Source: a virus
Lineage: Duplodnaviria > Caudoviricetes
Direction: 5' to 3' (one strand)
Length of the DNA: 64,000 bases
IMG/VR virus record: IMGVR_UViG_3300023174_003901
Span: 136,247 to 200,246 of that record
Shown here: positions 8,207-15,989 of the stretch, piece after piece
Layout: the number at the start of each line of letters is the position of its first letter
Position numbering within the stretch: position 1 is the stretch's first letter
The notes under the pieces: generated by a model
Databases searched by the model: none
The model's input: only the letters and a program-made list of their open reading frames with translations
What the model was told of the DNA's origin: nothing
Made by a program: the position numbers and the translations under genes

Positions 8207-11200
8207 ATCATCACCGGCAACACTTCAATATCTGCACCTGGTGCAGGGGATAACGATCCTTGACGACGTTGATCCTGCAACCAAGTTTGTGCAATGCGAT
8301 TGGCATCTGCTTGATTGTTGCCTACACCACGGAAGCGCCATACTTCTTCGCCATCAATCATGACTCGCCACTGTCCACTAAAACTATTGCCAGGCGGTGC
8401 CGAACTGGCCTGATCTGTGGTGCCAAACAAGTCTCTGAATGAGTAATCCGTGTTGCGGCCATTGGTACGGTCCGGGAAGTTCTGTGCCACATCCATGGGA
8501 ACTTCGGGAATTTCCTGCTGTGCCGCAACTGGATTGAATATCACCTGCAGACTCAGTTGACGGGCATCAACACCATGTCTGCGGGCTGTGTCGTCTCGTA
8601 CCGCCAGGGCCTGATCCTGACTGGCACCACGTACGGTGTTGAGTGTCTCGTCAGTCTCACGATCCACTATGCGCCAGTCACGTGGAATTTGAGAAGGTTG
8701 AGGTCTGATCTCTTGGAATCCGTAGTCTTCAGTAGTTGTGGGCAGGCCAGCGGCTGCCAGCCACTCTCCATAAATTCTGTTGGCATCTCTGCGATCGTCA
8801 GCACGGAATCTAAACACAGGGTTAGTATTGAACCGATCCACAACTGCATAGTTGGCGTTGGTTGATTGACTTGGCAAGCCCAGGCGGTTCTCCATGTCGG
8901 TCTGTGTGCCTACGTTGGCCCCACTGCCTGTACCTCTAGTTCTCACACCGTAGAGATCGTGCCGTCCAGTGGAAATAAGTGCCATGGCTTGACGTTGTGC
9001 CGCGCCACGATCAGTTATGGGTTGTCCGCCCTGAAGAAGATTAACCGTACTGTTGCCAGTTTGTCTGTTGTAAACTTCCCAAGGCCCAGGTCCGGTAGGC
9101 CGCAAAGGGTTGGACGCGGCGTCTTGATCGGTATTACCGCTGCCATCCACAGGTCTAGCACCAAACAACAAGCGAGCATCTACTGTGCCTATGCCGTGGG
9201 GACCAAAATTGATATAATCATCTAATCTTGTGTTTACATCTGATTGATTGCGAGCAGAGAATTCAGTGTCGGGGACGGCCTCACCAGTGCGTCTATCGAA
9301 CAGTTCATAGGTTCCTGTGCCGGTCTGTGGTGCGCCAGGTTTGTCTGGTTGTTCATCGTAGGGCCGTAAAACTTCAGCATCCATTTGAGCCAGAGTGTTG
9401 ACCAAGAGTGGTTCGCCCCATTCTTTTGCAGCCTTCTGTTTGGCTTCTTCTTCTGAGGTAGCAACCACTTCCACTGTGTAACTATATTGGCCAGCATTCT
9501 TGCCGTATTTGTAAACTTTCCACCACATTTTTTGGCCGTCAGTCTTGCCACGTTTGATATTGCGTTGTAACTGTGCCTGTTTGATAAAACTACGCAGGGC
9601 CGCTTTGGGAATCTTGCCGGCCACATAGTCACTAAAGTACTTGATGGTGTCGTCATCTCGGTTGTTTTCAGTCAACATTTTGTAGAGTTTGGTCAGGTAC
9701 TCTTGACGATACATTTCAGGATTTAGTGCCGCACTCATGGCCACAGTAAATCTCAACAGAGTGTTTTCAATCTTGTCAAAATTTTCGTCCAACCAGTCGC
9801 CACCGGGTGAGCGGAATTCAATGTGTCCATCCTTGGTGTTGATTGATGTATACTTGCTGGTGATGCCTGAGTGTATGGCCTTGCTGGCCAACTGATCCAA
9901 GTTGCCCTTCATCTTGTCCAACAACTGGGCGGCATTGTCAGGATTGTCACGCACAGCCCGTTTCACAATGTCCAGTGCTGATTTGGCATAGGTGTTGCCA
10001 CTACGACCAAATGCATCCAGCACATATTTGTCACCCATGAGCAGGGCCAGTTTAACAAAGTCCAAGTTTTCTCTACTGTAGTCCGGCACAGAGATATTGA
10101 TGTGCAGGCCAGTTGAATCATTGGTGTAACAACCATACTCCTTGGCCCAGCGTTTGACTTTGTTCAAGTCGCTGAGTATTTCATCAATAGGCAAGGGTGG
10201 ACTCACAAACTCCAGGCCTTGATCGTTGGGATCATCTGGTTCCAGGCTGCCATCTGGTTCCACCACATATCGTATTTGAGTTGGGCTGGGACGGATTGTA
10301 CTGCCTGAGTGATAGTTGCCACTGGCTCTGACATCGCGACCAATGGCATTTTCAAACTCTTGTGCCACATCTTCAATGCTGGCTTCGCCACCGCTTTGGG
10401 GGTCGCTCCAGTGCGGCCAACTCATGCTGTAGGCATTTTCAATTTCGCTCATGTTACTTAGATCTGCACCATCCAACCAGTCGCTTTCGTCATAACTTTC
10501 TTGATTTTCTTCGCGGAACTCTTCGTAGGCTGTTTGATATTGATCACTCACAGGATCAGCATGAACATTGGCAGCATATTCTTCCAGGGCTTCTGTGCGT
10601 TCCAGGTCAGATTTTTCCTCTGGATTCCACTCTGACTCGTCTACGTTTTCTTTAACCCATTGATATATGTATTCCTCACCCCCACTGTCCCAGTCGTCGG
10701 AGATCTTTTGATCCAACCATTCTGTATAGTCGTTCCGCATGCTGTCACGCATCTCATCGCAACTGCGGCGACTGTTCCAGTCACCATCATAGAAAAAGTC
10801 ATATGCATCCTGTATGCTACGGCAACGTTGGTCGTAGTCGTAGTCGGGTTCCTGGTCGGCATCACCGCTGCCGCCTTCAACATTGGGCACAATCATTTCA
10901 AATTCCATACCGGCTATGGCGCCGGTCTTGGCAGCCTCTCGACGCAGGTTCTTTGAACCCATATTGATTTCAAACAGGTCTTGTTGTTTGAATTGAGCCA
11001 GTTCCTCTGCTAAACTTTCGTTTAGTTTGGCGGTCAACAATGCAGGACGACCTTGAGCGTCTGTTTGTAGTCCTAGTTTGTTGGCTTCTTTGCCCACAGC
11101 ACCTGGTCGAACGTCTCGAGTCAAGGCCATGATAAAGCGTGGATCACGGGCCTGTTTCTTTGTGGGAATGTATCCTGAGGCTTCCTCCAATGGCACATGG

Positions 11201-12300
11201 GCAAACATCTCAGGATGTTTCTCTGCCCAGTGACGCATGATGCGACCTGCCATGGCATTGGCTTCATCTTCATAGGGACTGCCTGTCTCTCCGGCATTGT
11301 CGGGTAGTTTTTGTTTCTCTGCTTGCTTGCGATGTGTAAACTCATGGGCCATGGTTCGCAGGATGTCTAGAGTGTGGCGGCCTGCTGTGGCCAAGTGTAG
11401 CACATTGTTTTCGGGCTCATATTGACCAAACGATCCTGTCTGTTCACTCCAGTCTGTGCTGGTATGCAATTCAATACGGGGTGATTTCTTGATACCCAGG
11501 TACTCTATACAACTCTGTGCAAACTGATTGATAGTGTCTTGTAGTCCATCTTCAGACTCTGTGGTAAAGCCATAAGTCACATGTGGCTTGGCACGTTCAT
11601 CAATACTGAGTTCTTGGTCCTTGGCAGCATTTCTGGCATCTACTAACTTTTGAATATAACCTTGTGTGCGCAACATCTTGAATGCAAGATTCTCAGGACC
11701 AAACTCGCCATGCTCATCAAGACCGCTTTGGCGTAGTTGTCGAATCTTGGCCATCAAATCAGCCATGACCGCATGGTCTTGAGTCTTGATAGCATCTTGG
11801 ATGCGTTGTTTTAAATCTTGATACTTGCTACGAGTGTTTTGATCCACAACATCAGCACGTTGACGACGTGGTACTTGAATCCAGTCGTTGCGGAGCAAAC
11901 TGTATTCACCTTGTGTCACATGTGGTTGGTCTACATCTTGCACATACAGTTCAACATCATAGCCGCCAATCTTGATGTTGTGCTGATTGTTATATGCGTA
12001 CTTTTTGGCATCAAACAATTCACGATATACCTCATCATTGGGTATGTCAACCACAAGGTGCAGGTCTATGTCTGAATTGGGGGTATATGTGTAAGCGGCG
12101 TTTGATCCGCTGAGTGTGATGTCTTTTAGATCGAGATCTTTCACGCCCAGTGTTGCACGAAAATCATCTGCAATTTTCATCAGTGCGTCACGCACTTGGG
12201 GCTTCAAATGCTCGTCCTGGCCCCATATTCGGGGGTTTAGACGAGCATTGAATTTTACAGCGTCGGAAAGTTTATAGCGGTCTAACTCATGGAGATTCAT
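8203..12300 (-). CDS. Pol-beta-like nucleotidyltransferase + HExxH metallopeptidase + putative amidoligase + C-terminal repeats
   Basis: GSNAAY...SDIDLH; AHEFTH; GMEFEM / EPDGSL / GLEFVSPP / TGLHINIS; 1365 aa. Confidence 0.75.
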   Translation of the reverse strand: MNLHELDRYKLSDAVKFNARLNPRIWGQDEHLKPQVRDALMKIADDFRATLGVKDLDLKDITLSGSNAAYTYTPNSDIDLHLVVDIPNDEVYRELFDAKKYAYNNQHNIKIGGYDVELYVQDVDQPHVTQGEYSLLRNDWIQVPRRQRADVVDQNTRSKYQDLKQRIQDAIKTQDHAVMADLMAKIRQLRQSGLDEHGEFGPENLAFKMLRTQGYIQKLVDARNAAKDQELSIDERAKPHVTYGFTTESEDGLQDTINQFAQSCIEYLGIKKSPRIELHTSTDWSEQTGSFGQYEPENNVLHLATAGRHTLDILRTMAHEFTHRKQAEKQKLPDNAGETGSPYEDEANAMAGRIMRHWAEKHPEMFAHVPLEEASGYIPTKKQARDPRFIMALTRDVRPGAVGKEANKLGLQTDAQGRPALLTAKLNESLAEELAQFKQQDLFEINMGSKNLRREAAKTGAIAGMEFEMIVPNVEGGSGDADQEPDYDYDQRCRSIQDAYDFFYDGDWNSRRSCDEMRDSMRNDYTEWLDQKISDDWDSGGEEYIYQWVKENVDESEWNPEEKSDLERTEALEEYAANVHADPVSDQYQTAYEEFREENQESYDESDWLDGADLSNMSEIENAYSMSWPHWSDPQSGGEASIEDVAQEFENAIGRDVRASGNYHSGSTIRPSPTQIRYVVEPDGSLEPDDPNDQGLEFVSPPLPIDEILSDLNKVKRWAKEYGCYTNDSTGLHINISVPDYSRENLDFVKLALLMGDKYVLDAFGRSGNTYAKSALDIVKRAVRDNPDNAAQLLDKMKGNLDQLASKAIHSGITSKYTSINTKDGHIEFRSPGGDWLDENFDKIENTLLRFTVAMSAALNPEMYRQEYLTKLYKMLTENNRDDDTIKYFSDYVAGKIPKAALRSFIKQAQLQRNIKRGKTDGQKMWWKVYKYGKNAGQYSYTVEVVATSEEEAKQKAAKEWGEPLLVNTLAQMDAEVLRPYDEQPDKPGAPQTGTGTYELFDRRTGEAVPDTEFSARNQSDVNTRLDDYINFGPHGIGTVDARLLFGARPVDGSGNTDQDAASNPLRPTGPGPWEVYNRQTGNSTVNLLQGGQPITDRGAAQRQAMALISTGRHDLYGVRTRGTGSGANVGTQTDMENRLGLPSQSTNANYAVVDRFNTNPVFRFRADDRRDANRIYGEWLAAAGLPTTTEDYGFQEIRPQPSQIPRDWRIVDRETDETLNTVRGASQDQALAVRDDTARRHGVDARQLSLQVIFNPVAAQQEIPEVPMDVAQNFPDRTNGRNTDYSFRDLFGTTDQASSAPPGNSFSGQWRVMIDGEEVWRFRGVGNNQADANRIAQTWLQDQRRQGSLSPAPGADIEVLPVMI

Positions 12301-12305
12301 GAGTG

Positions 12306-12311
12306 TATTTA
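12306..12311 (-). promoter_or_regulatory. late-promoter-like TAAATA
   Basis: 5 nt before ATG 12300, no SD. Confidence 0.6.
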
Positions 12312-12314
12312 CCG

Positions 12315-13253
12315 TTAAGCGGCTTTGGTGGCCTTGACTTTCTTATCTGCCTTTTTATCTACTTTTTTGCTGGTTGCAATCACTTTTGCTTCCACAGGCA
12401 CCGCAGTTGTTTGTGCGGCAGCGGCAGCAATCTGATTGTTCACAGCAATTTCATGCAGGTCTTGATACAGTTTGTCCTGTGTTTGATAGTCAAACACATA
12501 GGTACCTGTATGTCGGAGCAACACACGGCGATCAATCCAGACTTGGCCACCCAGGTCACGCCAGTTTTCACAGAATGTCCAGTCTTCTGAGTAGTAACGA
12601 TTTTCACGCACTGCTGTGTCAAAGTAGGTTTTCATGTAAGGGTTAAGAACAGGGTCCAGACCAATATCATTGGTAAATGGCTTCACAGCAGGGTGTGCAT
12701 TGAGTTTCTCAAACACTTCACGCTTCATGAGCAAGAAGCCCGTGCCGGTCTTGGTAACTTCAACCAAGCCTGATGGATCATCTTGTGGTGTGCCAGGAAT
12801 GCCGTTCACGCACCATTTCACTGGCAACGACTTCATTGGATACAATCCGCCTACCACATCCTTTTGATGGTTCAACATGGCCAACAAGTGCCAGGGCTCC
12901 CAACCAATGTCAGCGTCAATAAACATCAAGTGTGTGGATTCTTTTGTGTGCAAGAACTTGGCAGTGAGTGTGTTACGTGCGCGGCTAATAAGTGATTCAT
13001 TAGTCATGGTTTCTACTGTCCAATCAATGCCCAGTTGACGAGCAGTGTTAGCCCACTTGATATAACTCATGAATGTTGATTCAGTCAGCATACCACCATA
13101 ACATGGCATGCAAATATGCACTCGTGTGGTTTTCAAATAATCAAGATTTACTTGAATTTGGTTCTGTGGTTGTCCATTTGGAGTTTCCTGCGGTGCCAAT
13201 GGCACGTCTGAAGGCAGTGTGGCTGGGGGTGTGGTTCCGGTTTGGGTTATCAT
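12315..13253 (-). CDS. GT-A fold glycosyltransferase-like protein
   Basis: ICMPCY...ESLISRARN...HLMFIDADIGW (DxD)...YYSEDWTFC. Confidence 0.75.
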   Translation of the reverse strand: MITQTGTTPPATLPSDVPLAPQETPNGQPQNQIQVNLDYLKTTRVHICMPCYGGMLTESTFMSYIKWANTARQLGIDWTVETMTNESLISRARNTLTAKFLHTKESTHLMFIDADIGWEPWHLLAMLNHQKDVVGGLYPMKSLPVKWCVNGIPGTPQDDPSGLVEVTKTGTGFLLMKREVFEKLNAHPAVKPFTNDIGLDPVLNPYMKTYFDTAVRENRYYSEDWTFCENWRDLGGQVWIDRRVLLRHTGTYVFDYQTQDKLYQDLHEIAVNNQIAAAAAQTTAVPVEAKVIATSKKVDKKADKKVKATKAA

Positions 13254-13277
13254 AAGTTCCTCGTTAAAATTGTATAA

Positions 13278-13283
13278 TATTTA
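13278..13283 (-). promoter_or_regulatory. late-promoter-like TAAATA
   Basis: Upstream of GAGGA SD and ATG 13253, inside a CGTTAAA/TTTAACG inverted repeat. Confidence 0.55.
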
Positions 13284-13302
13284 ACGAGTTTAGCACAGGG
13301 CG

Positions 13303-14340
13303 TTATTTTTTGCGACCTGCACAATGAGCACGTTGACTAAAACCTCGAGGATTGGCACAATTGATACTGCTCTTGTACTTTTGACTCCACTTTTCTTCTA
13401 TGTAGTCTTCACTGACCGGAGTATCTGCGGCAGTCCATTCAAAATCACTGTCACGCACTCCAAACTTTTTGCTGAGTTTGGCCAGTAGTGCATCCAGTAC
13501 TGTTGCGGGCACATTCTTGGCCACCACACGCCGGCCACTACTGCGAGGATCAGGACGATAGAATATGTCAATTCGTTTGGGATTAACATTGTGTGTTTCA
13601 TCTACATTGTTGCTGTTCAATTGGTCTTCAATATCACTGCCAATTTCGTGTCCGGCCACACGCATGCCCAGTGTGCCCATGGTTCCAAGTTCTGTGGCGG
13701 CGGCCAGTCTTCCGCCCAAGGCCGCACCCAGTGCAGGTAAGAATTCATTCAGTTGTTCACCAATGGCTGTGTCCAACATTTTAACAACTGTGGCTGCCAG
13801 TTTAGGATTGGTTTGTGTTTTGGGATAAAGGCTCATTACCAAGGCTGTCTTGCGTTTGTCATTCAGTGTGGGCCAGGCAGTACGAATTTCTGTAGCCGAC
13901 GTCATGCCAGGACCAAACTCCACAGTGGGCAAGTAAGTCATGTAAGCGTGTCGGTTCATGGGATAAAGAACGTCTTGTCCTGCCAGTGGTTGCAGATACG
14001 CTGGGTTGCCATCTTTTTTGATGCCACCTGCTTGTGGCGGCTTGTTGGCGTCTTTTTCTGAACGCACAAATATCAATTGTGTATCTTCGGGATTGTAATT
14101 TTTGGTAATTTCTTCAGCACGAAATGGTGATTTAACTTGATAAAAGTCTCCGGGCTTGACTCCAGCCAACTGGGCTAGTTTTTCTTTTATTTTAAAAGGA
14201 AACGGACGCTGACTTGTGTCATTGGTGGCAGCCACTTTGATATCGGCACCAGGAAACGCTTCTTGTGCAGATTGATAAAGTGCGTGGTGTCCGGCGTGAA
14301 AAGGATGAAATCCGCCAGGCATGATAACCAATTGTTTCAT
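13303..14340 (-). CDS. HxGH (cytidylyltransferase-like) nucleotidyltransferase with appended modules
   Basis: Start revised to 14340; IMPGGFHPFHAGH; C-terminal LNE/VDE/VSE/IEE-delimited modules. Confidence 0.7.
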   Translation of the reverse strand: MKQLVIMPGGFHPFHAGHHALYQSAQEAFPGADIKVAATNDTSQRPFPFKIKEKLAQLAGVKPGDFYQVKSPFRAEEITKNYNPEDTQLIFVRSEKDANKPPQAGGIKKDGNPAYLQPLAGQDVLYPMNRHAYMTYLPTVEFGPGMTSATEIRTAWPTLNDKRKTALVMSLYPKTQTNPKLAATVVKMLDTAIGEQLNEFLPALGAALGGRLAAATELGTMGTLGMRVAGHEIGSDIEDQLNSNNVDETHNVNPKRIDIFYRPDPRSSGRRVVAKNVPATVLDALLAKLSKKFGVRDSDFEWTAADTPVSEDYIEEKWSQKYKSSINCANPRGFSQRAHCAGRKK

Positions 14341-14345
14341 ACCTG

Positions 14346-14351
14346 TATTTA
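14346..14351 (-). promoter_or_regulatory. late-promoter-like TAAATA
   Basis: 5 nt before ATG 14340. Confidence 0.6.
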
Positions 14352-14354
14352 GCG

Positions 14355-14789
14355 TTACATGTTTTCCAAAAGCCACAAGTACACAGGCGTGGCAAATTCT
14401 AACTCAATTGTGCCATTGCAACCCATATCGCCAAAGAATTGATCTTGGATTTCGGGACCTGTACCATTGAGATTGTGTCGATAAACAGCATGGTCATGAA
14501 CAATTTGTGTACAATCAATTTCGTCAAACAAAATTTCAGTCACGCTTAATAATGAATCAGACACAATGTTGCCTTGATCATCAACTTGGGTATGTTCAGG
14601 TAGTTTGTTTTTTAGTGTGATACGCAATGAGTGCTTGCCATCGTCATCACTGAATTCATGCGCAACAACTGTAGGATCGTTCACGTGATCCTGATCAAAC
14701 ACACAGGTATTGTCAATCCACACTTCACAACCCAGTGACATGGCAGTATTACTAGGGGCCACAACACAGGAAAATTTTACAGTATTCAT
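14355..14789 (-). CDS. hypothetical beta-rich protein
   Basis: 144 aa ORF in a co-directional operon. Confidence 0.6.
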   Translation of the reverse strand: MNTVKFSCVVAPSNTAMSLGCEVWIDNTCVFDQDHVNDPTVVAHEFSDDDGKHSLRITLKNKLPEHTQVDDQGNIVSDSLLSVTEILFDEIDCTQIVHDHAVYRHNLNGTGPEIQDQFFGDMGCNGTIELEFATPVYLWLLENM

Positions 14790-14792
14790 AGT

Positions 14793-15170
14793 TTAATAGG
14801 TTGCTGAAACTAGTTCAATTGTGCCATCGGTGAAATTTGTGATCACAGCACGTAGCCAAGTAAAATTGCCCAGCACACTGTCGTAGTGTACATCAGTGAT
14901 TGTGGTAGAATCTGCTGTGCTGCCGTCGCCGTAACTGGTCACATCAAACCACTGAACTGTGGCAGGATCTTGGTCCAAGGTGGCTTGTATAGTTACATCA
15001 CCTTGTACCCCGAGAAAACGCCACTGGATTGTTTGCACACCACCACGCCCGCGATAGTAATTGGCTGCCTTTTGTGGGTCACCAATAAAGTCCTCACTGG
15101 ATCCATCATAGTTGCCCGAAGGCACACCATGCGTGGTTGAAGCCAACAGGGTCACAGTGGTTGTGGCCAT
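14793..15170 (-). CDS. putative structural beta-sandwich protein
   Basis: 125 aa, T/G/D-rich, MATTT start typical of virion proteins. Confidence 0.55.
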   Translation of the reverse strand: MATTTVTLLASTTHGVPSGNYDGSSEDFIGDPQKAANYYRGRGGVQTIQWRFLGVQGDVTIQATLDQDPATVQWFDVTSYGDGSTADSTTITDVHYDSVLGNFTWLRAVITNFTDGTIELVSATY

Positions 15171-15334
15171 TATGCTCGTTCAACTTCCACAATGATACCT
15201 GCACCTGTCAGTTCTTCCACAACTGCTTGTAGGGCTGTTACTGTGTCGTCGCTGACAATTTCAGTGCCTGCATCCAAATCTTTGACCAATTTTGATAGTT
15301 TGATCACAACTATTTCTTCGATGATTTTTGCCAT
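15170..15334 (-). CDS. 54-aa hypothetical protein missed by the ORF track
   Basis: MAKIIEEIVVIKLSKLVKD...VEVERA*; TAAATA 7 nt upstream; stop overlaps the next ATG. Confidence 0.7.
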   Translation of the reverse strand: MAKIIEEIVVIKLSKLVKDLDAGTEIVSDDTVTALQAVVEELTGAGIIVEVERA

Positions 15335-15341
15335 AGTACAC

Positions 15342-15347
15342 TATTTA
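15342..15347 (-). promoter_or_regulatory. late-promoter-like TAAATA
   Basis: 7 nt before ATG 15334. Confidence 0.55.
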
Positions 15348-15989
15348 GCCGCGGGCCACAATGGGCAGGGTCTTTTTTACAATGCCCGGAACTGCCATGT
15401 TAATCAGAAAATCTGCTTGGGGCTCGTTGTGGTCCACAAAATAGTTGCCCATGAGCCACATGCGTCGGCCTTCTACTAGCATTTGAAATCCTGGACTCAG
15501 TCTAAATTGATCTGGTCTAGCCTGAAAGTACCCACGAAGATTTTGAAGTTCGTGGTCTCTCAGCCAACGTTCTCGAAAGAATGTTCTGTAACTGTGTCGG
15601 GGATTCTTTAGAGTGACCGCATCGGGCTGTAAACTCACACTGACCTGGGTGCAATTAGTAACCACTAGTCCACCAACACCATTGAGATTCTTAAAATCCG
15701 CAGGATGGTTGGTGTAAAGATACATGGCATGTGTGCTGACTGTGCGTTTGAAAGGATTCGGACGACACAGCAAGTAGTCACACACACCAATCAAATCATG
15801 CTGTTCTTCTTCGGTTATTTTTTGTCGAAAATTCCCTGACGGCGGCCATGCATTGCGATAATGTATAGATTTTAAAGCCTTGATAGGATCCAAAACTCTC
15901 AGCACATTAACGTTCTTTAAGAAAAAAGAGATGCAGTAATGATACTGTCCAAAGAACAGTTGATTGCGTTCAATCGGCTTAAACTTCAT
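15345..15989 (-). CDS. hypothetical protein
   Basis: Start revised to MKFKPIE (15989), overlapping the clpA stop. Confidence 0.6.
   Translation of the reverse strand: MKFKPIERNQLFFGQYHYCISFFLKNVNVLRVLDPIKALKSIHYRNAWPPSGNFRQKITEEEQHDLIGVCDYLLCRPNPFKRTVSTHAMYLYTNHPADFKNLNGVGGLVVTNCTQVSVSLQPDAVTLKNPRHSYRTFFRERWLRDHELQNLRGYFQARPDQFRLSPGFQMLVEGRRMWLMGNYFVDHNEPQADFLINMAVPGIVKKTLPIVARG

Noticed and set aside
13262-13286. CGTTAAA/TTTAACG inverted repeat as a terminator
   Set aside because: AT-rich 7-bp stem with no U-tract; more likely promoter context
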